Below, piece after piece: positions 45,026 through 54,743 of a DNA stretch of 54,743 nucleotides. The position numbers and the translations under genes are program-made. The notes beneath the pieces were generated by a model. The model was not told the origin of the DNA. It did not search any database and saw only the letters and a list, made by a program, of their open reading frames with translations. Within the stretch, counting starts at the first letter, position 1. Every line of letters begins with the position of its first letter. The DNA comes from Acidimicrobiales bacterium (GTDB lineage Bacteria; Actinomycetota; Acidimicrobiia; Acidimicrobiales; RAAP-2). Location of the stretch: assembly GCA_049519675.1 (NCBI GenBank), contig JBEKQN010000001.1:1-54743 (forward strand), written 5' to 3'.

Positions 45026-46189
45026 ATGGCGGAAGTAGAGATCGGGATTTATAAATCGGCCCGTCAGGCTTACGGCTTTGACGACATCGCGATAGTGCCG
45101 TCGCGGCGCACCCGTGACCCCGAGGACGTCGACATTTCCTGGCAGATTGACGCCTACAAGTTCGAGTTGCCGCTACTCGGGGCCGCGATGGATGGGGCGA
45201 TCTCACCCACCACCGCCATTGAGCTCGGTCGCTTAGGCGGTCTCGGCGTCTTAAATCTCGAGGGTCTCTGGACCCGCTACGAAGACCCGTCCGCGTTGTT
45301 CGACGAGATCTGTGAACTCGACGATGACAAGGCCACGGCGCGCATGCAGCAGATGTACCTCGAGCCCATCAAGCTAGAACTCGTGGCCGCGCGCATTGGC
45401 GAGATGAAGGCGGCGGGCATCGTCACGTCCGCCTCGGTGACGCCCGCCCGCACTGACTGGATGGCCAAGACCATCCTCGACGCAGGACTCGACATCCTGG
45501 TCATTCAGGGCACCGTGGTCTCCGCCGAGCACGTGTCCAAGACGGTGGAGCCACTGAACCTGAAGAAGTTCATCCGCGAATTCGAACTACCGGTCATCGT
45601 GGGTGGCTGCGCGAGCTACCAGGCGGCGCTGCACCTTATGCGCACCGGTGCGGCGGGCGTGCTCGTCGGTGTTGGTCCGGGTAACGCGTGCACGACGAGG
45701 GCGGTACTGGGCATTGGCGTGCCCCAGGCGACTGCGATTGCTGACGTTGCCGGTGCGCGCATGCGCCACCTCGACGAGACCGGTGTCTACGTGCACGTCA
45801 TTGCCGACGGCGGCATGAGCAAGGGCGGCGACATCGCCAAGGCGATTGCCTGCGGCGCCGACGCGGTCATGATTGGCTCGCCGCTGACCAGCGCATTCGA
45901 GGCGCCGGCGAGAGGGTTCCATTGGGGAATGGCAGCGTTCCACCCGACGTTGCCGCGAGGCACACGGGTGCGCACGCAGGTTCGCGGTTCACTCAAAGAG
46001 GTGTTGCTCGGACCGGCTCACGAAAACGACGGCCGGCTCAATCTCTTTGGCGCGTTGCGTACGTCCATGGCGACGTGCGGCTACGAGACGCTCAAGGAAT
46101 TCCAGAAGGCTGAAATTATGCTGGCCCCCTCGTTGCAGACTGAAGGCAAACAGCTTCAGCGCTCCCAGGGCGTGGGCATGGGCCATTGA
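45026..46189 (+). CDS. guaB3: GuaB3-family IMP dehydrogenase
   Basis: [34 protein letters not shown] catalytic Cys, IADGG; no CBS domains. Confidence 0.92.
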   Translation: MAEVEIGIYKSARQAYGFDDIAIVPSRRTRDPEDVDISWQIDAYKFELPLLGAAMDGAISPTTAIELGRLGGLGVLNLEGLWTRYEDPSALFDEICELDDDKATARMQQMYLEPIKLELVAARIGEMKAAGIVTSASVTPARTDWMAKTILDAGLDILVIQGTVVSAEHVSKTVEPLNLKKFIREFELPVIVGGCASYQAALHLMRTGAAGVLVGVGPGNACTTRAVLGIGVPQATAIADVAGARMRHLDETGVYVHVIADGGMSKGGDIAKAIACGADAVMIGSPLTSAFEAPARGFHWGMAAFHPTLPRGTRVRTQVRGSLKEVLLGPAHENDGRLNLFGALRTSMATCGYETLKEFQKAEIMLAPSLQTEGKQLQRSQGVGMGH

Positions 46190-47727
46190 CCGCGAATGTT
46201 CTCGTTGTTGACTTCGGGGCGCAGTACGCCCAATTGATAGCCCGGCGTGTGCGAGAAGCGCACGTCTATTCAGAGATTGTCCAGTGCACGATCAGTGCCG
46301 CCGAAGTGCGCAAGAAGAATCCGTCGGCCATCATCTTGTCCGGTGGACCAAAGTCGGTGTACGAGGTGCCGGCCCCGTCGCTCGACCCGGCCATCTACGA
46401 ACTGGGCATTCCCGTGCTCGGTATTTGTTACGGCGCCCAACTCATGGCCCTGCAGTTGCGCGGCGACGTCGCGCGCACCGGCGCCGGGGAATACGGTCGC
46501 ACGGCACTCACGCGGGTGGGTAGCTCGGTCTTGATGGATGAGTGGCCGGAAACGTCCACGTGTTGGATGAGCCACGGCGACGCCATCGCCAAGGCGCCCG
46601 ACGGCTTCGTCGTGACGGCCTCGTCGGGTGAGGCGCCGGTTGCGGTGATGGAAGACGTGCAGCGTCGCCTCTTCGCAGTGCAGTTCCATCCTGAAGTGAT
46701 GCACACCGAGCACGGTCAGACGTTGTTGGAGAGTTTCTTGCACAAGCAAGCGCAGATTCCGGCGACCTGGACCAATAGCTCGATCATTGAAGACCAGGTC
46801 GCGGCGATCCGCAAACAAGTGGGCAGCGAAAGGGTGCTCTGCGCGCTCTCGGGCGGCGTTGATTCGGCCGTCGCGGCGGCACTCGTGACCAAGGCCGTTG
46901 GTACGCAGTTGACGTGCGTCTTTGTCGACACGGGTCTCATGCGTAAGAACGAGGGTGAGCAGATTGAAGAGACCTTCACCCGTCAGTTCGGTGTGGAACT
47001 CATTCACGTGAAGGCGCAAGACCGATTTTTCGACGCGTTGGCGGGCGTCACGGACCCCGAACAGAAGCGCAAGATCATCGGCGGTCTGTTCATTCAAGAG
47101 TTCGAGACGGTCGCACGCGACCTCGGCGCGGACGGTGACGGCCCCCGCTTCCTGGTCCAAGGCACGCTCTATCCCGACGTCATTGAATCGGGATCGGGCC
47201 ACGCCGCCAACATCAAGAGCCACCACAATGTTGGTGGACTGCCCGAGGACCTCTCCTTCGAACTCGTTGAGCCACTTCGACTGCTCTTTAAAGACGAGGT
47301 GCGCCACGTGGGCGAGGAACTGGGCCTGCCCGCAGAGATTGTCTGGCGCCAGCCCTTCCCCGGCCCGGGCCTGGGCGTACGCATCGTGGGTGAAGTGACC
47401 CGCGAGCGTGCCGAGATCCTGCGCAATGCCGACCATGTGGTCGTCGACGAGATCAAGAAGGCCGGTCTCTACCGCGAACTCTGGCAGAGCTTCGCGGTGT
47501 TACCGGTCGTGCGTACTGTGGGCGTCATGGGAGATGGACGAACCTACGCCTACCCGATCATCATCCGCGCGGTCACCAGTGACGATGCGATGACCGCGGA
47601 CTGGGCCCGACTGCCCTATGACGTGATTGAGTCGATAGCCAATCGATTGATTCGCGAAGTGGATGGCGTGAATCGGGTGGCCCTGGACGTGACGAGTAAG
47701 CCACCGGGCACCATTGAGTGGGAGTGA
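46186..47727 (+). CDS. guaA: GMP synthase (glutamine-hydrolyzing)
   Basis: [39 protein letters not shown]. Confidence 0.99.
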   Translation: MTANVLVVDFGAQYAQLIARRVREAHVYSEIVQCTISAAEVRKKNPSAIILSGGPKSVYEVPAPSLDPAIYELGIPVLGICYGAQLMALQLRGDVARTGAGEYGRTALTRVGSSVLMDEWPETSTCWMSHGDAIAKAPDGFVVTASSGEAPVAVMEDVQRRLFAVQFHPEVMHTEHGQTLLESFLHKQAQIPATWTNSSIIEDQVAAIRKQVGSERVLCALSGGVDSAVAAALVTKAVGTQLTCVFVDTGLMRKNEGEQIEETFTRQFGVELIHVKAQDRFFDALAGVTDPEQKRKIIGGLFIQEFETVARDLGADGDGPRFLVQGTLYPDVIESGSGHAANIKSHHNVGGLPEDLSFELVEPLRLLFKDEVRHVGEELGLPAEIVWRQPFPGPGLGVRIVGEVTRERAEILRNADHVVVDEIKKAGLYRELWQSFAVLPVVRTVGVMGDGRTYAYPIIIRAVTSDDAMTADWARLPYDVIESIANRLIREVDGVNRVALDVTSKPPGTIEWE

Positions 47728-50000
47728 GCGGGACATCGTTCTCTGACGAGTCCCTGTGGGGTAGCGCGCCAGCGAACACGAATTCACGACTCGACCCGGA
47801 CTCCCTGCTCGAGGACCTGACCGAACCACAACGTCGAGCCGTTCTCCAGCGCGGTGGTCCGCTGCTCGTCATCGCCGGCGCCGGCTCGGGCAAAACCCGG
47901 GTGCTGACACGACGCATCGCGCACATCCTCGCGACGGGCGACGCCCGGCCCTGGGAGATCATGGCCATCACGTTCACCAACAAGGCCGCCGATGAGATGC
48001 GCCGACGCGTCGTCGCCCTGGTGGGTGATGAGGCGCATCGAATGTGGGTCTCAACCTTCCACTCCGCCTGTCTGCGGATGTTGCGCGTCAATGCTGACGT
48101 GTTGGGCTACCAGCGCGGCTTCACGATCTACGACGCCGGCGATGCGGAGACCGCAGTCGAGCGCATCATGAAAGAACTCAACCTCGACACCAAACGGCTG
48201 TCACCGCGAAGCGTCACCGCCGCGATATCGGCCGCCAAGAACGAGATGCTCTCTCCCGACGCTTACGAAGCCTCGGCCAACCGTGACAATCCGACAAATC
48301 GGCGGATCGCCGAGATCTACCACCTCTATTCGCAGCGACTGAAACTCGCGAACGCGATGGACTTCGACGACCTGTTATTAAACGCGGTGGCCATGATGCG
48401 CGCCGACGAGGGTGTGCTCGCGTCCTACCAGAATCGATTCAAGTACTTGTTGGTGGACGAGTTCCAAGACACCAACGGCGTGCAAAACGAACTCGTGATG
48501 ATGCTCGCCGCGAAGCACCGCAATCTCTGCGTCGTCGGTGACTCCGACCAATCGATCTACCGGTTTCGAGCGGCCGACGTGCGCAACATCTTGCAATTTG
48601 AAATGCGGTTCCCCGACGCCGAAGTCATATTGCTTGAACAGAACTTCCGCTCGACCCAGACAATCCTTGACGCCGCCAACGCCGTCATTGCCATGAATGC
48701 CAGTCGACACGCGAAGAACCTCTTCACGGAAGGCGAGCAGGGCGAGAAGATACGTCTTTACCGCGCCGGCGACGAGTACGACGAGGGACGCTGGGTGGCC
48801 AGTGAGTTACGACGATTACGTAGCGAGGAAGGGCTCAACTGGAATCAGATGGCGGTCTTCTATCGCACCAACGCGCAGAGTCGCGTGTTGGAAGAAGAGA
48901 TGCTGCGCGCCAACGTTCCCTATCGCGTTATCTCGGGCATGCGGTTTTACGACCGCAAAGAGATTAAGAACGCGCTGGCCTACTCACGTCTTATCGTCAA
49001 CCCCCGCGACGAAGCGTCGGCGCGACGAGTCATCAACGAACCCAAGCGCGGCATTGGCCCCGGCGCCCAGGCCAAGCTCGGCGCCTACGCCGCAGAGAAT
49101 GGCATCTCGTTCGCCGAAGCCCCGCACTACGCCAAGGCCGCGGGCCTCACCGGCAAGGCGTTGATCAACGCCGAGAAGTTTGCCTTCATGTTGGAAGAGC
49201 TTCGCGCACTATCCAACGACCTCGCCCCAAGAGAGATGATCGACGCCATCGTGCGCGAGTCGGGCATGGGCGACGCGCTGCGCGCCGAGAACACCGATGA
49301 GGCCTATTCGCGTCTGGAGAACCTGGGTGAGCTCGCGTCCGCCGCATCACAGTACGACTCGTTGATGGATTTCGTGGAACGTATGGCGCTCGTCGCGGAT
49401 TCGGACCAGCTCGACGGTGGCGCGGGGGCTATCTCCATGATGACCCTGCACGTGGCCAAGGGCTTGGAATATCCTGTCGTCGTAATCACCGGACTCGAAG
49501 AGACAATCTTCCCGCACCGACGCGCCCTCTCGGACGACGCCGAGTTGGAAGAAGAACGTCGCCTCTGCTACGTGGGGATTACACGAGCCATGAATCACCT
49601 AGTACTCACGCACGCGTGGAGTCGGACCATGTGGGGACATCGAGTGGACGCGCTCGCGAGTCGCTTCCTGCTTGAGATTCCACCAGTCTTGGTTAACGAT
49701 CTCTCGGTAAACCTGCCCACACGCAGATCGAGTTTCGACTCCGACGAAGGATTCACTGGTCGCACGACTGCCTTCACCGAGGGCCGAGCCTTTGGCACCG
49801 GGGCGGCGCCCCCGGTGCGCTCCACGGGTGCGGAGAAGTTGGACCTGAAAGTTGGTGATCACGTCATCCATGATCGTTACGGCGCGGGAGTGGTGACACA
49901 CGTTGACGGCGAAGGTTCTCACTCGAGGGCTGCGGTCAATTTTGACGAGCACGGTACGAAGCAGTTGGTGCTGGCGATGACGCCACTGCGTCGCGCGTGA
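47724..50000 (+). CDS. pcrA: ATP-dependent DNA helicase PcrA/UvrD
   Basis: [37 protein letters not shown]; Tudor-like C-terminal domain. Confidence 0.96.
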   Translation: MSGTSFSDESLWGSAPANTNSRLDPDSLLEDLTEPQRRAVLQRGGPLLVIAGAGSGKTRVLTRRIAHILATGDARPWEIMAITFTNKAADEMRRRVVALVGDEAHRMWVSTFHSACLRMLRVNADVLGYQRGFTIYDAGDAETAVERIMKELNLDTKRLSPRSVTAAISAAKNEMLSPDAYEASANRDNPTNRRIAEIYHLYSQRLKLANAMDFDDLLLNAVAMMRADEGVLASYQNRFKYLLVDEFQDTNGVQNELVMMLAAKHRNLCVVGDSDQSIYRFRAADVRNILQFEMRFPDAEVILLEQNFRSTQTILDAANAVIAMNASRHAKNLFTEGEQGEKIRLYRAGDEYDEGRWVASELRRLRSEEGLNWNQMAVFYRTNAQSRVLEEEMLRANVPYRVISGMRFYDRKEIKNALAYSRLIVNPRDEASARRVINEPKRGIGPGAQAKLGAYAAENGISFAEAPHYAKAAGLTGKALINAEKFAFMLEELRALSNDLAPREMIDAIVRESGMGDALRAENTDEAYSRLENLGELASAASQYDSLMDFVERMALVADSDQLDGGAGAISMMTLHVAKGLEYPVVVITGLEETIFPHRRALSDDAELEEERRLCYVGITRAMNHLVLTHAWSRTMWGHRVDALASRFLLEIPPVLVNDLSVNLPTRRSSFDSDEGFTGRTTAFTEGRAFGTGAAPPVRSTGAEKLDLKVGDHVIHDRYGAGVVTHVDGEGSHSRAAVNFDEHGTKQLVLAMTPLRRA

Positions 50001-50023
50001 CAGGTCGAACGACGAATACGTTT

Positions 50024-50950
50024 TCAGGGGTCGATGGACTTCGACCAGACTTCGCACGAATGCAACGCAGACCGAGATCCCGGTACTGACGCGGCGGGAA
50101 AGAGCCCCACGACGGCACGCATGAAACTACACGAGCGATCAGAGACGCGGTACCCGAACTTGGGGTTGCCGGTCGGCGCCGACACTGAATCGAACGAGCC
50201 GGCGCAGAAGCCATTGAAGATTTGTAAGTGCTCGCCGTCCCTGAGGGTCAGCGCTATTGAAAACCCGCCGAGATCTTCCATGCAGAGGTTGTTGGGTCCG
50301 AGGGGCAATGTGTTGAATCTGTCGATAAGTGTCGTGAGCGCGCTGCCCGCCAAGTCGACGCGGACATTACCCCGCGATCCGCTGAGCGCCGTCACCTTGT
50401 AGCCCGTCACAATCGCGGAGACGGGATGAGAAATCATCTCTGACTTAGTGCGGCGGGGTACCCAGACGATTTGGCTGTCGACGCGCAGCCACGACGTGGA
50501 TGACGTTCTGCGCGTCATTGAGTACGCCAGCTGCTTCAGGTAGATGTGGGGACCATTGGCACGGTACGCAATGGTCATCGAGTACACGGGCGGCGCGTCA
50601 CTCGAGCCATTGACGCCTTTGCCGTCAAAGCGCCCACCATTCGGGATGTGCGTCGACAGGAACTCTTCAACGCTCGTCGGGGTACCCGGAACAATGTAGT
50701 AACGATGCTCCGAGGTAACAGTGCCCGAAGCAACGACGCATTGACAGACGACCGCCGTCGCGGGGTGCGCGAGAACGGCCGCCGGAGGGACAATTACCTG
50801 AGTGAGCAGTTCGCGTGCCAAAGCTGTGGCGGGTGATTCGTCGGCGTTGGCGGGCGTCGCGATCACTGTGAACATGCCTGCCGCCACAGTCGTCGTTAGG
50901 GCGGAGACAGCCACGAACTTGAATATGCGCTTGCCCACACGTGACCCCAT
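50024..50950 (-). CDS. Secreted hypothetical protein
   Basis: GGAGG SD before ATG 50950; signal peptide ending TPANA; six Cys. Confidence 0.75.
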   Translation of the reverse strand: MGSRVGKRIFKFVAVSALTTTVAAGMFTVIATPANADESPATALARELLTQVIVPPAAVLAHPATAVVCQCVVASGTVTSEHRYYIVPGTPTSVEEFLSTHIPNGGRFDGKGVNGSSDAPPVYSMTIAYRANGPHIYLKQLAYSMTRRTSSTSWLRVDSQIVWVPRRTKSEMISHPVSAIVTGYKVTALSGSRGNVRVDLAGSALTTLIDRFNTLPLGPNNLCMEDLGGFSIALTLRDGEHLQIFNGFCAGSFDSVSAPTGNPKFGYRVSDRSCSFMRAVVGLFPAASVPGSRSALHSCEVWSKSIDP

Positions 50951-51042
50951 GATTGCCTCCACACATAACTATTGTCCCCGCGTGCGAAATAATTACATCG
51001 GAAGGAAACGTTGCCCGAATAGGTGCCGCCGCCTGACTTTTC

Positions 51043-51810
51043 CTAGAAGTCGGCCACTTTATGCCACAAAGACCTAGGTGTCACGCGAACCAACATTGCG
51101 ATGTATCGCATCACGCGGGGACACCAGATCACCCGGTCACCACTGGCGAGACCACTCATGACGCTTTCGGCCACCTCCTCTACACCAATGGAGAAGGGCC
51201 GCTCTTTCGTTCCGGCTGTCATCTTGGAACGGACGTATCCGGGCCGGAGAACCTGCAGGGTCACTCCGGTACCTTCCAGGGAAGCCGACAGACCATCACA
51301 CAGGCGGTCGAGGCCGGCTTTCGCACCGTCATAGAGATAATCACTGCGCCGCACTCGAATCGCCGCCATCGACGACATGACGAGAATGCGACCGCTGCCT
51401 TGAGCTACAAGGCGACGGCGAACCTCGGCGAGGGCGGCCACTGGCCAGGCGTAGGTCACGAGGGCCATTTCGGCGCTCAACCTGGCGTCATTTTCGAATG
51501 TTTTCTGCTCTCCGCGTAGTCCCACCGCGATGATCACGAGGTCGGTGTCGCCACCCACCTTGTTGAATGAGTCCGCCACAGCCTTTCGTGCGCTCTTCAC
51601 GTTGAGCGCATCAAAGAGGACCGTGTCCGTCGTCGTCGCGCCGTACTCGCGCGCCTCGCTCGCGGCGACGTTCAGAAGATCCTGACTACGTCCGGCCAAG
51701 ATCACCGTGTGCGCTCGGGCCGCGCAGAGTCGTTTGGTGATGGCTCGGGCGATGTCCGAACTGCCGCCTAACACGACGACACTTTGGGGTTGGCCAAAAA
51801 CATTGTTCAC
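51043..51810 (-). CDS. SDR oxidoreductase, DprE2-like
   Basis: [17 protein letters not shown]-terminus, SS.A..R.R, YxxxK (YDGAK), [10 protein letters not shown]. Confidence 0.85.
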   Translation of the reverse strand: MNNVFGQPQSVVVLGGSSDIARAITKRLCAARAHTVILAGRSQDLLNVAASEAREYGATTTDTVLFDALNVKSARKAVADSFNKVGGDTDLVIIAVGLRGEQKTFENDARLSAEMALVTYAWPVAALAEVRRRLVAQGSGRILVMSSMAAIRVRRSDYLYDGAKAGLDRLCDGLSASLEGTGVTLQVLRPGYVRSKMTAGTKERPFSIGVEEVAESVMSGLASGDRVIWCPRVMRYIAMLVRVTPRSLWHKVADF

Positions 51811-51889
51811 TTCTGACTTTCTACTAGGCCTTGACGCCGCCTCGTACCCAGAAGGGGCGCCTGTCGAGGGGCTCTATGCTGAACTAACG

Positions 51890-52300
51890 ATGGAACGCAC
51901 GTATCGAGTCGTTGTCGCCAAACCCGGACTGGATGGCCATGATCGCGGGGCCAAGGTCATCGCGAGGGCCCTGCGCGACGCCGGATTTGAGGTGGTCTAC
52001 ACGGGCCTGCATCAGACCCCCGAGCAAATTGTCCAGGCCGTCATTCAAGAAGATGCCGACGCGCTCGGTCTTTCGCTGCTCTCAGGCGCGCACCTGGTCC
52101 TCGTGCCGCGCATCGTGGCGTTGCTCAAGGATTCAGGTCGCGAGGACGTGTTGTTGGTGGTCGGCGGAATCATCCCCGACGACGACATCGGCGCCCTGGA
52201 AGCGGCCGGGGTGGCGCGGGTCTTCACCCCCGGCGCCTCGCTCGCCGAGATTGGCTCGTGGCTGGAGTCAGCCCTCGACTCGAGGGAACACGCCCTGTAG
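51890..52300 (+). CDS. Stand-alone cobalamin-binding subunit of an acyl-CoA mutase (MCM small subunit/IcmB-like)
   Basis: [12 protein letters not shown] (DxHxxG), [18 protein letters not shown]. Confidence 0.93.
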   Translation: MERTYRVVVAKPGLDGHDRGAKVIARALRDAGFEVVYTGLHQTPEQIVQAVIQEDADALGLSLLSGAHLVLVPRIVALLKDSGREDVLLVVGGIIPDDDIGALEAAGVARVFTPGASLAEIGSWLESALDSREHAL

Positions 52301-52349
52301 TTCGCAGTATTCAGCAGAAGAATCATTCGTCAAAAGAAAGTTGAAGTGC

Positions 52350-53492
52350 ATGGATCTCTTTGAGTATCAAGGCAAGCAGTACTTCGCGCGTTTCGGGATT
52401 GCCGTCTCGCCTGGTGACGTCGCCGACACGGTGGACGAGGCGGTCGCGGTGGCCGAGCGCATTGGCTATCCCGTGGTGGTCAAGGCCCAAGTCAAGGTCG
52501 GCGGACGTGGCAAGGCCGGCGGCGTGAAGCTGGCCAATGATGTCGACGAGGTGCGACTGCACGCGGGCAATATCCTGGGACTCGACATCAAGGGCCACGT
52601 GGTGCACCGGGTCTGGATTGAGCGTTCGAGTGATATCGCCAAGGAGTACTACGCCTCCTTCACGCTGGACCGTCCGAATAAGACCCACTTGGGCATGTTG
52701 AGCGCACAGGGAGGAGTGGAGATCGAAGTGGTCGCCGACGAGAATCCTGACGCCATTGCCTTCCTTCAAATTGACCCCGTGCGCGGACTGGATGTCGAGA
52801 CCGCGCGACGTTGGGTCGCCGAGGCCGAACTCGACGAGGTGGCGCGCGAACAGACAGCCCAACTCCTGGTCAAGCTCTATGACTGCTACACGACCGGCGA
52901 CTGTGACCTCGCCGAGATCAATCCGCTCATCCTGACGCCCGACGGCAACGTGCACGCGCTCGACGCCAAGGTGACGTTGGACGAGAATGCGAGTTACCGC
53001 CACCCCGAGTGGGACGAGTTCCGGGCGACCGAGACCGAAGACCCTCGCGAAAAGATGGCCAAGGAAAAGGGCCTTAACTACATCGGACTCGACGGCACCG
53101 TGGGCATCATCGCCAATGGCGCCGGCCTGGCGATGTCGACGCTCGACGTGGTCAACCAAGTCGGCGGGACGGCGGCGAACTTCCTCGACATCGGCGGGGG
53201 CGCCAACGCCGACGTCATGGCGGCGGCTCTGGAAGTCATCAACGCCGACCCCAAGGTGAAGTCCATCTTCGTGAATATCTTTGGCGGCATTACCCGCGTC
53301 GACGAGGTCGCCAACGGTGTGCTCGAAGCCTTGGGACGGGTGTCGATTAGCTCGCCGATTGTCCTGCGCCTCGACGGCACGAACGCCATCGAGGGTCGCG
53401 CGATATTGGCGCCACACCTGAATGAACGACTCATCACTGAACCCACGATGCTCGACGCCGCGCGTACGGCCGTGAACCTCGCGAACGCCTAA
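52350..53492 (+). CDS. sucC: Succinyl-CoA ligase beta subunit
   Basis: MDLFEYQGK, KAQVKVGGRGKAGG, EINPL, NGAGLAM, NIFGGI. Confidence 0.98.
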   Translation: MDLFEYQGKQYFARFGIAVSPGDVADTVDEAVAVAERIGYPVVVKAQVKVGGRGKAGGVKLANDVDEVRLHAGNILGLDIKGHVVHRVWIERSSDIAKEYYASFTLDRPNKTHLGMLSAQGGVEIEVVADENPDAIAFLQIDPVRGLDVETARRWVAEAELDEVAREQTAQLLVKLYDCYTTGDCDLAEINPLILTPDGNVHALDAKVTLDENASYRHPEWDEFRATETEDPREKMAKEKGLNYIGLDGTVGIIANGAGLAMSTLDVVNQVGGTAANFLDIGGGANADVMAAALEVINADPKVKSIFVNIFGGITRVDEVANGVLEALGRVSISSPIVLRLDGTNAIEGRAILAPHLNERLITEPTMLDAARTAVNLANA

Positions 53493-53501
53493 AGGAAGAC
53501 C

Positions 53502-54386
53502 ATGAGCATTTTTGTTGACGAAAATACCAAAGTCATCGTCCAGGGACTCACAGGAAGTCAGGGCCGATTCCACGGCCTGCGCAACCGTGACTACGGCACG
53601 AAGATCGTGGGGGGAGTGACACCCGGCAAGGGCGGCTCCGACGTGGATGGCGTACCAGTCTTTAACTCGGTCAAGGAGGCGGTCGAGGCCACTGGGGCCA
53701 CGGCGTCGTTCATTGCCGTACCACCAAAATTCGCCTCCGCGGCAATCTTGGAAGCGGCCGAAGGGGGCATCTCGCTCATCGTGTGCATCACCGAAGGGAT
53801 TCCCGCCCACGACGAAGCGGTGACGTTTAACCGTCTGGTCGAGGAACACCCTGGCGTTCGCCTCATTGGCCCGAACTGTCCCGGGATCATCAGTCCCGGC
53901 AAGTGCAATATCGGCATCACGTCGGGTGATATTGCCCTGGCCGGTGGACCCGTAGGTGTTGTCTCTCGCTCGGGCACGCTGACCTACCAGGCCCTGCACG
54001 AGCTGAGCCAGCACGGAATCGGCCAGACGACGTGCGTCGGGATCGGCGGCGACCCGGTGCCCGGCACCAATTTCATTGACTGCCTCGCCGCATTCCAGGC
54101 CGATCCGGAGACCAAGGCGGTGATGATGATCGGCGAGATCGGCGGGTCTGAAGAAGAGCGTGCCGCCGAGTGGATCAAGCTCAACATGACCAAGCCAATC
54201 GTCTCGTACATCGCGGGCGTGACCGCTCCGCCGGGGCGCAAGATGGGCCACGCGGGCGCAATCATCTCGGGATCAAAAGGCACGGCGCAGGCGAAGATGC
54301 AGGCGCTGGCGGAAGCGGGAGTGTTCGTGTGCCTCAATCCAACGGAGGCCGGCGAAAAGATGGTCGAAATCGTGAAGGCGCTGTAA
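53502..54386 (+). CDS. sucD: Succinyl-CoA ligase alpha subunit
   Basis: [31 protein letters not shown]. Confidence 0.98.
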   Translation: MSIFVDENTKVIVQGLTGSQGRFHGLRNRDYGTKIVGGVTPGKGGSDVDGVPVFNSVKEAVEATGATASFIAVPPKFASAAILEAAEGGISLIVCITEGIPAHDEAVTFNRLVEEHPGVRLIGPNCPGIISPGKCNIGITSGDIALAGGPVGVVSRSGTLTYQALHELSQHGIGQTTCVGIGGDPVPGTNFIDCLAAFQADPETKAVMMIGEIGGSEEERAAEWIKLNMTKPIVSYIAGVTAPPGRKMGHAGAIISGSKGTAQAKMQALAEAGVFVCLNPTEAGEKMVEIVKAL

Positions 54387-54390
54387 CTCG

Positions 54391-54743
54391 TTGAGCAACC
54401 CCCGGCTCTGCGTACTGGTCTCGGGATCAGGAACGATTCTCGAAGCCATGATCGACGCGCAGCTCGAAGTAGCCCTAGTAGCCGCCGATCGCCCGTGCCC
54501 GGCGCTCGAGATTGCCGAGCGCGCGGGCGTCGAGGCGTTGCTCTTTGACCGAACGGACTACGGCGGCTTCTCACCGGACTTTGATCGTGATACCTACAGT
54601 GCGGCCCTGGCGGGAGCACTGCGCGTGCGCGACATCGACTTGGTGGCGATGGCCGGTTTCGGGACGATATTTACTGGCTCGTTCCACGAAGCGTTCCCCG
54701 GGCGGGTACTCAACACGCACCCGAGCTTGTTGCCCGCCTTCAA
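54391..54743 (+). CDS. purN: Phosphoribosylglycinamide formyltransferase (3' truncated; not in ORF track)
   Basis: Manual translation from TTG: SNPRLCVLVSGSGTIL...MAGFG...LNTHPSLLPAF. Confidence 0.93.
   Translation, partial: MSNPRLCVLVSGSGTILEAMIDAQLEVALVAADRPCPALEIAERAGVEALLFDRTDYGGFSPDFDRDTYSAALAGALRVRDIDLVAMAGFGTIFTGSFHEAFPGRVLNTHPSLLPAF

Noticed and set aside
52323-54251. 642-aa antisense ORF over sucCD, and similar long antisense ORFs over tuf, glmM, groEL and guaA
   Set aside because: Shadow frames expected from high-GC codon bias opposite conserved genes; no recognisable motifs

Overview
GC-rich actinobacterial core-genome window, most likely class Acidimicrobiia (inferred from the EF-Tu [11 protein letters not shown] motif, r-protein style and actinobacterial synteny). 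It runs from the 3' end of fusA through tuf and the complete S10, spc and alpha ribosomal clusters, then truA, rplM-rpsI, glmM-glmS-acpS-alr-udg-tsaE-tsaB-rimI-tsaD-pdxH and CIRCE-controlled groES-groEL. An accessory-looking block follows (Ser/Thr kinase, IDH-like dehydrogenase, methyltransferase, metX-metY, MFS/MarR, MMPL, Nudix), then guaB3-guaA-pcrA, a secreted hypothetical, a DprE2-like SDR, a B12-binding mutase subunit, sucCD and the start of purN. I found no tRNA, rRNA, CRISPR or mobile element. The most notable feature is a DevR/DevS (DosR/DosS)-like heme-GAF two-component cassette inserted antisense between map and infA. Its DevR-like box is placed to activate the cassette and possibly to occlude a promoter for the infA-rpoA operon. 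Also notable: IF-1 apparently starting at CTG (with an upstream hairpin-sequestered GTG), a highly structured rplC leader, and an L22 with an 86-aa strongly acidic tail.
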